Positions 18,589-27,784 of a stretch of DNA of 64,000 nt are shown here, piece after piece. The notes below the pieces were generated by a model, which saw nothing but the letters and a program-made list of their open reading frames with translations, was not told where the DNA came from and did not search any database. Within the stretch, counting starts at the first letter, position 1. Each line of letters starts with the position of its first letter. Both the position numbers and the translations under genes were made by a program. The DNA lies in the NCBI GenBank assembly GCA_043827025.1, contig JBDRPL010000032.1, positions 33,110-97,109 on the forward strand. Reading direction: 5' to 3'. Source of the stretch: Candidatus Micrarchaeota archaeon (GTDB lineage: Archaea > Micrarchaeota > Micrarchaeia > Anstonellales > Bilamarchaeaceae).

Positions 18589-19290
18589 ATGATTGTCGAT
18601 TCCCATTGCCATCTTTATGACATAAAGAACTTTTCTCCTGTAGAGAATATACTTCCAGTTATTTCTGGATATTCTCATTCAACAAACCTGAAGACGATCG
18701 AAATCGCAAAGAAATACAATTATCCTTTTTGCATTGGCATAGCTCCGCAAACTGTCCTAAAGGAAGGAATGGACAAACTTGATTTGTGGGTTTCGACAAT
18801 AAAGAGATCAAAGCCCAATGCAATAGGCGAAATTGGCCTGGATTATCATTGGGCGAAAACTGATGAGCAGAAGAAGCTGCAGGGAAAATGTTTCAACGAA
18901 ATGATTGCTCTTGCTGAATCCATGAAACTGCCAATAGTTCTTCATTCAAGAGAAACAACAAATATCTGCCTTGATATGCTTGAAGAAGCAAAGTTCAAAG
19001 GAAAAGTCATGCTTCATTTCTTCTCAGGCATAGTGGAAGATGCGCTTAGAACTGTTTCAATTGGTGGTTTTGTTTCGTTTCCTCCTGTGGGTTCGAAATC
19101 AAGAAAAGATACATTATTAAAAATTCCCTTAGAAAGCATTCTTGTTGAAACTGATGCACCATTTGTAGGGAGAAACATATCTGATGTTTCTGATTCGATA
19201 AAATATGTTGCCGGGGTTAAAAACTCGGATTTTGATACAGTTGCGGATCAGACTGCAAAGAATGCCTTTGGGTTTTTCAATATAAGATAG
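18589..19290 (+). CDS. tatD: TatD-family metal-dependent hydrolase
   Basis: MIVDSHCHL N-terminus, EIGLDYHW, downstream His/Asp metal ligands. Confidence 0.75.
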   Translation: MIVDSHCHLYDIKNFSPVENILPVISGYSHSTNLKTIEIAKKYNYPFCIGIAPQTVLKEGMDKLDLWVSTIKRSKPNAIGEIGLDYHWAKTDEQKKLQGKCFNEMIALAESMKLPIVLHSRETTNICLDMLEEAKFKGKVMLHFFSGIVEDALRTVSIGGFVSFPPVGSKSRKDTLLKIPLESILVETDAPFVGRNISDVSDSIKYVAGVKNSDFDTVADQTAKNAFGFFNIR

Positions 19291-19293
19291 AAG

Positions 19294-19776
19294 GTGAAAA
19301 TTATGGGTATTTTTGATGGCCTTTTCGGCCGCAAGAACAGGATAGCGATATTAGTAGATGGTCCGAATATCATAAGGAAGGCGTTCAACGTAGATTTGAA
19401 GGATATGAAGGCAGAACTTTCGAAATTCGGTCAGATAAGGATTGCCAAAATCTATCTTGACCAGTATGCTTCTGAGAAATTGATAGAGGCCATGGTAAAC
19501 CAGGGCTTTGAAACTGAAATCACTACGGGTGATGTTGATGTTACAATGGCAATAGAAGCAATGGAATATGTTCTTGATCCAAATATTGACATAATCGCAT
19601 TGATGACTCGCGATACGGATTACAGGCCTGTTTTGATAAAGGCAAGGGCAAAGGGGAAGAAGACAATAATAATCGCAACTGATGTTGCTTTCAGTGCAGC
19701 CCTTAGGAACACAGCAGATCATGTGATAATACTACAGACAAGGCCTGATTTGTCAGCGCCGAAACCGAAAGTTTAA
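19294..19776 (+). CDS. NYN/LabA-like domain protein (putative RNase)
   Basis: RIAILVDGPNI and acidic residues consistent with the NYN fold. Confidence 0.5.
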   Translation: MKIMGIFDGLFGRKNRIAILVDGPNIIRKAFNVDLKDMKAELSKFGQIRIAKIYLDQYASEKLIEAMVNQGFETEITTGDVDVTMAIEAMEYVLDPNIDIIALMTRDTDYRPVLIKARAKGKKTIIIATDVAFSAALRNTADHVIILQTRPDLSAPKPKV

Positions 19777-19825
19777 AAACTCATATCGATTATATGTAAA
19801 GTAGTTTTTTTTGAGGTGTATATAA

Positions 19826-20050
19826 ATGAGCGATAAAAGACCATTTGATTTGCTGAATGAATCAGTGAACAACACAGTGATTATTGGAATGAAGGGGAAC
19901 TATGAATTTAGGGGCGTAATGATCTCATATGATATTCACATGAACGTGGTTCTTGAAAAAGCAGAGCTGATTGTTAACGGAGAAGTCAAGAAAGGCATGG
20001 GCAAGATCTTCATAAGGGGAGACAGCGTAACCTACGTTTCGCCTTCATGA
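19826..20050 (+). CDS. Sm-like archaeal protein (SmAP)
   Basis: Sm1/Sm2: VIIGMKGNYEFRGVMISYDIHMNVVLEKAE ... IFIRGDSV. Confidence 0.8.
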   Translation: MSDKRPFDLLNESVNNTVIIGMKGNYEFRGVMISYDIHMNVVLEKAELIVNGEVKKGMGKIFIRGDSVTYVSPS

Positions 20051-20128
20051 ATATGATTCAAGATAATTCAAATTTTTTCTTATTTTTCTTTTTAGTTTTC
20101 TGTTTCTAGATGATTAGTTGGCTATGTT

Positions 20129-20287
20129 TACAAGGTTAGAAAACAGGTTTTCTTTTTTGGTTACATCTAGCGTTTCTTTTCGAAAGAAAAATTTTATTGG
20201 ACAAGCCTTGAACTATTGTTCACGACAGTTAAAAGCAGGTTTTCTTTGATTAAAATTTCTTTTACAAAAGAAATTTTATTGGACAAG
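20129..20287. repeat. tandem ~60-75-bp duplication downstream of tRNA-Ala 3' end, each unit ending in a palindromic hairpin (tttcttttNNNaaaagaaa) + attttattggacaag
   Basis: attttattggacaag at 20191-20205 and 20273-20287; aaa(a/g)caggttttcttt at 20131 and 20231. Confidence 0.6.
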
Positions 20288-20441
20288 AAGGGATTTGAAC
20301 CCTCAGCCTCCCCCAGTTCGGAGTCTTCGGTTTCCAGTTTCCCGTTTTGAGCCCGTAAAACAAAAAATACAAGACTCAAAACTCTAGACCGAAAACTTAT
20401 TACTTCGCCAAGGGGGCACTCTACCGTTGAGCTACATGCCC
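20280..20441 (-). tRNA. tRNA-Ala (anticodon GGC) with ~88-nt intron at 37/38
   Basis: On minus strand: acceptor GGGCAUG/CUUGUCC including the Ala identity pair G3:U70, discriminator A73, D-arm GCUC-AACGGUA-GAGU, anticodon stem CCCCC/GGGGG with loop UUGGCGA, T-arm GAGGG-UUCAAAU-CCCUU; one U:U mismatch at 6:67. Confidence 0.65.
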
Positions 20442-20539
20442 GAATGAAATGAAGGTATGGAGCGAACTTGAGTAACACCCAACTTTCTTGATGAAACTTC
20501 TTTGGCAACCCGAAAGAAGTTTCTGCTACATGCCCGAAT
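20431..20539. repeat. 15-nt direct repeat of the tRNA-Ala 5' end (gctacatgcccgaat, plus-strand reading) flanking a perfect 11-bp hairpin (20493-20523)
   Basis: Copies at 20431-20445 and 20525-20539; hairpin gaaacttcttt-ggcaacccg-aaagaagtttc. Confidence 0.55.
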
Positions 20540-20585
20540 AGGTACTAAGTATAAGTGGTAGTGTTTATATTTGTTTTTCTATCTC

Positions 20586-21365
20586 CTATAGAATTGGAAA
20601 AACTGCTTTGCCGGTATTATCAGAAGCTATAGGTGTCCTGGTTGAGAAAATGCCCAGCTGTATCGTATCGATAAGGGCTTTCACTGATTTTTCAAGCATT
20701 TGTGAGAACTGACACACCATTTCATTTCCTGCATTTGCCAGAAGCATTTTATGCATATCTTCTGGATATTGGCCAATGAAGCTCGGGTCAAATGTTTTCA
20801 TTTCGAGTAAGATGTCTGATATGTACAGGATTCCAATCTCCCTTTCCTTAAGCCTTCTTATAATATTGCAATGAGATGTTAGTGCGATTATTCCATTACT
20901 ACTCAAAGTGCCATTTTGATCCATACTATCTTTCCCTATAAAAGGGAACATCCTGCAAATAAGAGGCCTATGCGAATAAATGCTGCAAGTTGCTCTGTCT
21001 GCCAAAAAATGACATTCTCCATTTTCTTTGGGATTTATGAATAATCCTTCAGTATCCCTTTCAATTTTTCTTTGAGGCACCTTACGATCCACTTCTGAAT
21101 ATAACTGTTTAGCATTTTGTTCTGTGGCAAGAATCATAATGCCATTTTTTTCTTTGCAGCACTTTCCACAGGCTCTGCAATGGTGGGATTTGAAAATCGA
21201 GAGTATTCTTCTTATGGCATCAGGTGGTCTTGATGCAATTAGCTGCTGTATGCTTATGCTTTTTTGTGCCATACAGTCTCTTTTCTTGGGATATGTTCTT
21301 AAATATTCTCTTTTTACCACTTCTATTGGCTTTTTGCACAGGCCTTCCCAATGCCATGTTTTCAT
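20586..21365 (-). CDS. YkgJ/UPF0153-like Fe-S/zinc-chelating domain protein
   Basis: CRACGKCC (CxxCxxCC) motif and further Cys; otherwise unknown. Confidence 0.45.
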   Translation of the reverse strand: MKTWHWEGLCKKPIEVVKREYLRTYPKKRDCMAQKSISIQQLIASRPPDAIRRILSIFKSHHCRACGKCCKEKNGIMILATEQNAKQLYSEVDRKVPQRKIERDTEGLFINPKENGECHFLADRATCSIYSHRPLICRMFPFIGKDSMDQNGTLSSNGIIALTSHCNIIRRLKEREIGILYISDILLEMKTFDPSFIGQYPEDMHKMLLANAGNEMVCQFSQMLEKSVKALIDTIQLGIFSTRTPIASDNTGKAVFPIL

Positions 21366-22027
21366 TCCTTTGCGCCGAGCTTTTTCAGCAGTTCCACAGT
21401 ATCTTCATGCTTAGTGCTTTTGGCTATCTCCATTGCTGTATGGCCAGCACTGCTCTGTAAGTTTACATCTGCCCCTTTTTTCACAAGCACCTTAACCACA
21501 TTGTTATGGCCGTCTACGCATGCAAGCATCACTGCGGTGATTCCTCTGGAGTCCTGCAGATTGGTGTCAGCCTTGCTTTCGAGGAGCGCATTCACTGCAT
21601 TTATCTTTCCTTCCTGGGATGCCATCATGAGGGCCGTGGCTCCGGATGCATTTACAGCATTCACATCCGCACCTTTTAAAACAAGAATTTTTATCGCTTC
21701 TGCGAAATCATATTTTGCAGCAATTATAATGGGAGTCCATCCCTTTGCATTTCTTGCATCCACATCCGCACCTTTGCCAAGAATTACCTTCAATAACTCT
21801 ACATCCCTCTTCTGGCATGCATACATAAGAGGAGTGAATTGGTACTCGCCACGACAATTGACATTCGCACCCATGTCCAAAGCCTTTTGGACTAGTATTT
21901 TATCAGCATTTTGCACAGCAATCACCAGTAATTGGTCATTGCCAGTCATTGCAGTGCCTGTACTTGTATTTACAAAAAGAGTTTCTCCTTTCTTTTCCTG
22001 TTCTATGCTTTTCTTTGCCATAAACAT
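21362..22027 (-). CDS. ankyrin-repeat protein
   Basis: ANK units (TPLMYACQKRDVELLKVILGKGADVDA; WTPIIIAAKYDFAEAIKILVLKGADVNA; ATALMMASQEGKINAVNALLESKADTN; ITAVMLACVDGHNNVVKVLVKKGADVN); start set at MFMAKKS because the longer track ORF runs into smc. Confidence 0.75.
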   Translation of the reverse strand: MFMAKKSIEQEKKGETLFVNTSTGTAMTGNDQLLVIAVQNADKILVQKALDMGANVNCRGEYQFTPLMYACQKRDVELLKVILGKGADVDARNAKGWTPIIIAAKYDFAEAIKILVLKGADVNAVNASGATALMMASQEGKINAVNALLESKADTNLQDSRGITAVMLACVDGHNNVVKVLVKKGADVNLQSSAGHTAMEIAKSTKHEDTVELLKKLGAKE

Positions 22028-22112
22028 ATAAATAGCAGAAGTACATTTAAAAATATTAAAAGTGTAAAGCGTTAACTCTACATTTGGCTCTGCGGAGATA
22101 TCAGGTGCATCT

Positions 22113-25100
22113 ATGATTTTCATTTCACGTTTAAAGGCAAGAAACTTCAAGTCTTTCAAATTTGTCGACATAACTCTTCCTAAAAATTTTCTGTGTTTTG
22201 CTGGCCCAAATGGCTCTGGCAAGTCGAACATCATGGATATGGTGCGTTTCGCACTCGGCGAAGTGAGCCTCAAATCACTAAGGGCAAAGAAGACGAGAGA
22301 CCTTATTCATACAGGTGCAAAGGCTGCGGAAGTCACAATTTATTTTGAAGGCGACGAGAAGATTGAGATAAAGAGGGCCATCCGCGTAGATGGAAAGATA
22401 CTCTACAAGCTCAACGGTGAAAAAACCACGAGGTCTGCGATCCAAAACCTTCTGAAGAAATATAATCTGGATGACAGTGGAAGGAACATAATCGCCCAGG
22501 GCGAAGTCCAAAGAATAATTAACATGGGCGGAAAGGAGCGAAGGGGTATCATAGACAGCGTTGCAGGCATAGCTGATTTCGAGGAGAAGAAGAAAGAGGC
22601 AATGAAAGAGCTTGATATTGTTGATGTAAGGATAAAAGATGCAAGCCTTGTGCTTGGGGAAAGGACTGCTTATCTTGAAGATCTTGCGAAAGAAAGGGAG
22701 CTTGCAATAAAATATAAGGACAGTAGGAAAAGGCTCACCGAAGCAAAGGCAACTCTTTTGAAGACAGAGATAAAGAAGATCGGGCACAACTTTTCCGAAG
22801 TATCGACCAATATCGAGAAGCTTGATTTCAACATAAAGAATAAAGAAACTGAGATGCTCGAAGTCAACGAAAGGATCACTGTGGTTGAAGAAAAGAGGGA
22901 TGAAAGGAGGAAGGTTCTAGAATCAAAGCAGAAAACATCCATACTCATAAGGAAAATCGAGGAACTCAAGGCTCTTTTGAGGTCCGGAACTCAACTCATT
23001 GAAGACAGGAATGTTTTCCTGAAAAAACTGGAAGATGACTCATTGAAACTGTCAAAGGAGCTTGAAATGTGCGGTTCAGAACTCCCTCATCTCGAAAATT
23101 CTATTTCTGATTTCAGGTCTGAGCAGAAAACATTTGAGTCCCAACTCTCAAATCTTCAGATGCATGAAAGCAGCGAATCCCACAAATTGAGGGAGAAACT
23201 CGAGGCTGAAGAGAAGAGCCTCCATTCCATAAGGGAGAATATCGTAAGGATAGATACTGAAATCTCTTCAAAGAACGAGCTCATACAGCACAAGGCATCC
23301 ATGCTTTCAGCGCTTTCAAAAGACATTGGGGAATTCGATTCAAATAGCGTGGACAAGGAAATAGCTGCAATGAAGCGCGAATCCTCATCAGTCATGAGAG
23401 AGATCGAGGATTATTTTTCAGAAACCAAGGACTGCAATAAAAAGATAGCTGAGATCGACAAGCAACTCCTTGAATTGAAGGAAAAAGGCTCTTTCCTCAG
23501 GGTGAGCATTTCCCCGGCCCTTGCAAACCCTGCACTCAGGTTCATCGCTGAGCTCAAGAGTTCAGGAAAAGTAGATGGGATATATGGGCTTGTGGGTGAG
23601 CTCATAAAGTTCGATCAGGAATATTCAAATGCAGTAGAATCTGCAGCAGGAAACAGGCTTTTGTATGTTGTAGTGGACAATGCAGACACTGCCTCCAAGG
23701 TCATTGCCATGCTCAAGAAAAGCGATGTTGGAAGAGCAACATTCATTCCTATAACTGAGGTTAAGGTTTCTGAACCACGGCCTGTTGCAGGATTTGAGTC
23801 GTTGCTGAAACATGTCTCATTTTCCAACAGCGTGAGGCGTGCCATAGAATTCGTTTTTTCAGATACCACTCTGGTTCCAAAGATGGCTGACGCGAAGAAA
23901 AACATCGGCGCAGGCAGGATGGTCACCCTTGAAGGGGAAATTTTCGAGAGATCAGGTGTCATTTCCGGAGGGCGCGTAGCAAGCAACATACTTGCAGGCA
24001 TGCGGCTCAAGAAACTGGATGAACAGCTTGCCCAATTGAAATCCGAGAAAGAATCGCTCATCAATAGGCTGTATTCCATACGCGAGGAAGAATCAGAGAA
24101 AAGGTCCAAGAAATCCAAGATCGACCTGGAGATACGCTCTCTTGAGATTGAATTGCAGAAACAAGGGGAAAAGAAAAAAGAGCAGGAAGACCTTTTTAAG
24201 ACCAAGGAGCGCCTGCAATTCGAGATAAACACAGTAAATGATGAAATCAAATCACGGCACAGTGAAAAAGATAAATTAGGTTCAGCACTGGTCGCTCTTG
24301 AAAAGCAGATTGCCGAACTTAATGATTCATTATCCAAGAGCGAACAGAAGTACAAGGAGATTTCAGATGCATCGAACAAACGGCGTACAGAACTCACTGC
24401 AAAAATATCCTCACTGAAGGCGACCATAGAAGGGAAGATGAAAGAGCTTGAGCTCAAGAAAAGGGAATATTATTCCACTGATGAGCGCATAAAACAGCTT
24501 TCAAAGGAGAAGAAGGATGCGGTTGCTAGCATAAATGATGCAAAAAGGAAGCTGAATGAGCAGAATGACGAGCTTTCCAAATCAGAATCCGAAATGGAGA
24601 AATACAGCAAAGATATCGAAGCTCTTTTCAGGGCACTGAAGGAATTTGATGGGCAGATACAGGAACTTGGCAAGTCAAGAGGTGAAGTCACGATCGCCAT
24701 AGAAAAATTCAACAAGGACATGAATTCCTTGCTTGTCAAGAAAGCAACTTTTGAAACCAGGATACAGGATTTAAAGGTAGAGTATGAGACCTACAAAGAC
24801 ATTCCAGTTAACGAATCAATAAGTAAGGAAGAGCTGACTGTCACAATAAAGGAATGCGAAGGCGCGCTTTCCCAGCTTGGAGATGTGAACCTTGCATCTA
24901 TTGAAAAGTATGAAGAGAAGAAAAAGGAAGTTGAGGATATACGGCAGAAGATAGACAAGCTTTCTGAAGAGAGGACTGCTATACTTCAGGTGATGTCTGA
25001 GATAGAGGATAGGAAGAAAGAGGCTTTCTTCAGCACGTTCTATGCAGTAAGCGACAATTTCCAGAAGATGTTCAAGCACATAAGCATTGGCGAAGGATTC

Positions 25101-25484
25101 CTTTATCTTGATAATCCGAACAGCCCTTTTGATAGCGGGCTTTTCATTAAACTCAAGAGATATGGCAGGGAACATACTCTTGATTCGCTTTCAGGCGGGG
25201 AGAATAGCCTTGTAGCATTGATGTTCATTTTTGCATTGCAGTTCTTCAAACCTGCGCCTTTCTATATACTTGATGAGGTGGATGCAGCCCTTGACAAGGA
25301 GAACAGCAAGAACCTTGCACTTCTTATCTCAGAAGTATCAAAGACAGGTGGAACGCAGTTCATTATAGTTTCTCACAATGATTCTGTGATGTCCAATGCG
25401 CATGCAGTGCTTGGTGTAGCAAAGGTGGATGGCGCATCAAGAATTGTCGGAGTGAAGCTCGAACAGCTTGCAAAAGAGGCATGA
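22113..25484 (+). CDS. smc: chromosome segregation protein SMC
   Basis: N-term Walker A FAGPNGSGKSN, long coiled coils, hinge (GIYGLVGELIKFDQEY...), C-term LSGGE signature and ILDEVDAALD Walker B; 1123 aa. Confidence 0.85.
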   Translation: MIFISRLKARNFKSFKFVDITLPKNFLCFAGPNGSGKSNIMDMVRFALGEVSLKSLRAKKTRDLIHTGAKAAEVTIYFEGDEKIEIKRAIRVDGKILYKLNGEKTTRSAIQNLLKKYNLDDSGRNIIAQGEVQRIINMGGKERRGIIDSVAGIADFEEKKKEAMKELDIVDVRIKDASLVLGERTAYLEDLAKERELAIKYKDSRKRLTEAKATLLKTEIKKIGHNFSEVSTNIEKLDFNIKNKETEMLEVNERITVVEEKRDERRKVLESKQKTSILIRKIEELKALLRSGTQLIEDRNVFLKKLEDDSLKLSKELEMCGSELPHLENSISDFRSEQKTFESQLSNLQMHESSESHKLREKLEAEEKSLHSIRENIVRIDTEISSKNELIQHKASMLSALSKDIGEFDSNSVDKEIAAMKRESSSVMREIEDYFSETKDCNKKIAEIDKQLLELKEKGSFLRVSISPALANPALRFIAELKSSGKVDGIYGLVGELIKFDQEYSNAVESAAGNRLLYVVVDNADTASKVIAMLKKSDVGRATFIPITEVKVSEPRPVAGFESLLKHVSFSNSVRRAIEFVFSDTTLVPKMADAKKNIGAGRMVTLEGEIFERSGVISGGRVASNILAGMRLKKLDEQLAQLKSEKESLINRLYSIREEESEKRSKKSKIDLEIRSLEIELQKQGEKKKEQEDLFKTKERLQFEINTVNDEIKSRHSEKDKLGSALVALEKQIAELNDSLSKSEQKYKEISDASNKRRTELTAKISSLKATIEGKMKELELKKREYYSTDERIKQLSKEKKDAVASINDAKRKLNEQNDELSKSESEMEKYSKDIEALFRALKEFDGQIQELGKSRGEVTIAIEKFNKDMNSLLVKKATFETRIQDLKVEYETYKDIPVNESISKEELTVTIKECEGALSQLGDVNLASIEKYEEKKKEVEDIRQKIDKLSEERTAILQVMSEIEDRKKEAFFSTFYAVSDNFQKMFKHISIGEGFLYLDNPNSPFDSGLFIKLKRYGREHTLDSLSGGENSLVALMFIFALQFFKPAPFYILDEVDAALDKENSKNLALLISEVSKTGGTQFIIVSHNDSVMSNAHAVLGVAKVDGASRIVGVKLEQLAKEA

Positions 25485-25500
25485 TCTATTGGACAATGCA

Positions 25501-25992
25501 TTGTTCATCGGAAGATTCCAGCCATTTCATCTAGGCCATTTCAAGATGGTTGAATATCTTTTGAAAGGACATGATCATGTATCCCTTGTGATCGGCAGCT
25601 CCCAGGAGTCTTTCACCGAAAAGAATCCATTTACCTTTGATGAGCGGAAGCAAATGGTACTCTCTTGTTTTCCAGACTGCAAAAGAATACTCGTACTTGG
25701 ACTTGAAGATTCTCCAAATGACAATGAAGTATGGATACGAAATTTGCTGTCTGTTGCCCCAAAATTCAATGTTGCCTATTCGCACAATCCGCTTGTGCAG
25801 TCTCTTCTGCGGGAGAAAGGATTTACTGTCAAAGACATTCTTTTCCAGCGTGAAATGTATGAAGGCACCAGGATACGAAAACTTCTTGGGCAAGGAAAAG
25901 GTTTAGGCCTAGTTCCGACTCCTGTTCTTGATTATCTTAAAAAAATCAAAGGAATGGAAAGATTAAAAAAATTAGGGCATGGAACTCTCTGA
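25501..25992 (+). CDS. nadM: nicotinamide-nucleotide adenylyltransferase (archaeal NadM type)
   Basis: FIGRFQPFHLGH nucleotidyltransferase motif; no in-frame ATG after smc stop, so a TTG start near 25501 (or 25468/25489) is assumed. Confidence 0.65.
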   Translation: MFIGRFQPFHLGHFKMVEYLLKGHDHVSLVIGSSQESFTEKNPFTFDERKQMVLSCFPDCKRILVLGLEDSPNDNEVWIRNLLSVAPKFNVAYSHNPLVQSLLREKGFTVKDILFQREMYEGTRIRKLLGQGKGLGLVPTPVLDYLKKIKGMERLKKLGHGTL

Positions 25993-27042
25993 AACATCTA
26001 CCTTTTCTATGTCTGTTATTCTTGCCCCATATCCCTTTCCTGTTATTTTCACCTGAACAGTTTCATTGATCAGAAGTTCTTTTCCTGAAATCAGTTCAGT
26101 TGGCTTTACGTATCCTTCGATTTTTACTACATAAACATATTTGTCTTTGCCTTCTGTTTCAACCTCTAATATCTCGTCTGCAGCTGCAACATAAGTTGAC
26201 TCAGGGAATTCGATTTCATACCCGAAATCTGCAATTATCTTCTCCTTGTTGGTGAAGTTCTCATTAACTGTCATGCTTTTTTCGCTTATGAATTTCACAT
26301 ATTCAAGGCCTTTTTTTTGCTGTATTATTTGAGCATCCAGAGGAACTTTGAATGTGACATAATTCCTTTTAGAGTAGTTTTCTGTATTCTGCATTGAGTT
26401 TCTGTTTTCCCAGGGTATTGAATATTCTTTGACATGCGACTTTAACTTCATTATTGTTGCATTTGCAAGGGCTTCGGACGTGCTAGGTACCAGTGTTGCA
26501 GAAGTTAGGCTGGTTATCTTATCTTGTACAAAGTTAAATGCAAGCGCGATTTTTACCTGGTCTCCAACTTTGAAAATAGGTTCGATGTTCAACGATATCG
26601 GAGTTATGCTGTTTTGCACTTCAATTCCAGATGCATTGATGAAAGATGGAAGGTTGATTTCCCCCTTTGCATATGCAGTAATGTTATTTGCCTTTACCTG
26701 CGCATATATTGCGAGCATGTCTTCTGCATCTTTCAGAACTACTATGACTCCGTTCGGGCTGTTTTGGACGTCTTCCACTCTTGAATCAGACATGAGATAT
26801 TCCAATTGGCTCATGTTATTGGTATTGGCCGTAAAATAATTCCTGTATCCAAGTATCGTGGCTTCAACTTCTGCGTTTCCTGTTTTTTCAGTCAGGTCAG
26901 CAGATTTCTGCGCATTGCCTTGTCCGCTTCCGAATGCAAACGGTTCTAGGATGAACATCAGCACAACTGCAATAGTTATTATTACGATTATTGTCTTTTT
27001 ATCCATTGGAATTACCTTCAAAATTTGTATTTTTTGTCTCAA
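25972..27042 (-). CDS. hypothetical secreted/membrane-anchored protein
   Basis: N-terminal TM/signal (IIVIITIAVVLMFIL), no motif. Confidence 0.4.
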   Translation of the reverse strand: MRQKIQILKVIPMDKKTIIVIITIAVVLMFILEPFAFGSGQGNAQKSADLTEKTGNAEVEATILGYRNYFTANTNNMSQLEYLMSDSRVEDVQNSPNGVIVVLKDAEDMLAIYAQVKANNITAYAKGEINLPSFINASGIEVQNSITPISLNIEPIFKVGDQVKIALAFNFVQDKITSLTSATLVPSTSEALANATIMKLKSHVKEYSIPWENRNSMQNTENYSKRNYVTFKVPLDAQIIQQKKGLEYVKFISEKSMTVNENFTNKEKIIADFGYEIEFPESTYVAAADEILEVETEGKDKYVYVVKIEGYVKPTELISGKELLINETVQVKITGKGYGARITDIEKVDVSESSMP

Positions 27043-27093
27043 ACCTTAATTAGATACTATGAACAAATCTTTTAAATTGTATACATCAATATT

Positions 27094-27780
27094 TTGCTCT
27101 TGATGGAAGTAGTTCCAGAACTGTTTAGCGGTGATTATTTGGCATTAAATAAAGGAGATTTCATAAAGATAGAGTATGATGCATATGACGATGACGGTAG
27201 GCTTTTTGATTCTACTAGTGGGGACATTGCAAAGTCCCTGCATGGAAAAGAAGGTGCAATGCTCGTAGTTTTCGGATTTGATAAACTGCTTTCTGGTCTT
27301 GAAGACGCGCTTCATGGGATGAAAAAAGGGGAAAAAATAGAATTGGACATCCCTGCTGACAAGGCTTTCGGCCAGAGGAACAAGAATCTCCTTCGCATAA
27401 TGTCGCGCTCTGATTTCATAAGAAATGAGATCAATCCAGTTCCAGGGCTCACAGTTCATGTGGATACTGAGCAGGGAAGGCAGTATGGCATCATAAAATC
27501 CTCCAGCGGAGGAAGAGTGCTTGTTGATTTTAATCATCCCCTTGCAGGAAGGAATGTTAAATATTCGCTTACCCTTGTGGATGTTGTCACAGATACAAAA
27601 AGCAAGACTGAGGAGATATTGAAGGACATAAAGCTTGAAGGCGAAGTGAATCTGGACAAGGATGTGCTTTCAATCACCCTAAAACCAACGGAACATTTCG
27701 ACTCTGCCAAAAAGACGCTTGAATTGGTAATCAAGAATGTCATGCCTGATGTAAAGACAATAAACGTCTCGGCAAAGTGA
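27094..27780 (+). CDS. long-type FKBP peptidyl-prolyl isomerase (SlyD-like with IF insert)
   Basis: GDFIKIEYDAYDDDGRLFDST ... VDFNHPLAGRNVKYSLTLVDV. Confidence 0.75.
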   Translation: MLLMEVVPELFSGDYLALNKGDFIKIEYDAYDDDGRLFDSTSGDIAKSLHGKEGAMLVVFGFDKLLSGLEDALHGMKKGEKIELDIPADKAFGQRNKNLLRIMSRSDFIRNEINPVPGLTVHVDTEQGRQYGIIKSSSGGRVLVDFNHPLAGRNVKYSLTLVDVVTDTKSKTEEILKDIKLEGEVNLDKDVLSITLKPTEHFDSAKKTLELVIKNVMPDVKTINVSAK

Positions 27781-27784
27781 GCAG

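Noticed and set aside
1350-20441. Idea that the two tRNAs with att-like repeats delimit a ~19-kb integrated element or provirus
   Set aside because: The interval is filled with core genes (mvk, orc1, nth, ipk, kae1, r-proteins, aIF-5A, the mevalonate-pathway module, Sm) with uniform composition. The repeats are local to each tRNA, not a matching pair.
20194-20508. 104-aa minus-strand ORF
   Set aside because: It coincides exactly with the tRNA-Ala gene and its intron and repeats.
22278-25175. Numerous minus-strand ORFs (up to 280 aa) inside the smc gene, and similar antisense ORFs inside the transglutaminase-like, subtilisin and purL genes
   Set aside because: They are antisense shadows of long Lys/Glu-rich or Ser-rich coding regions. 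The translations are Ser/Phe/Leu-rich with no motifs, and each is fully contained within a well-supported gene.
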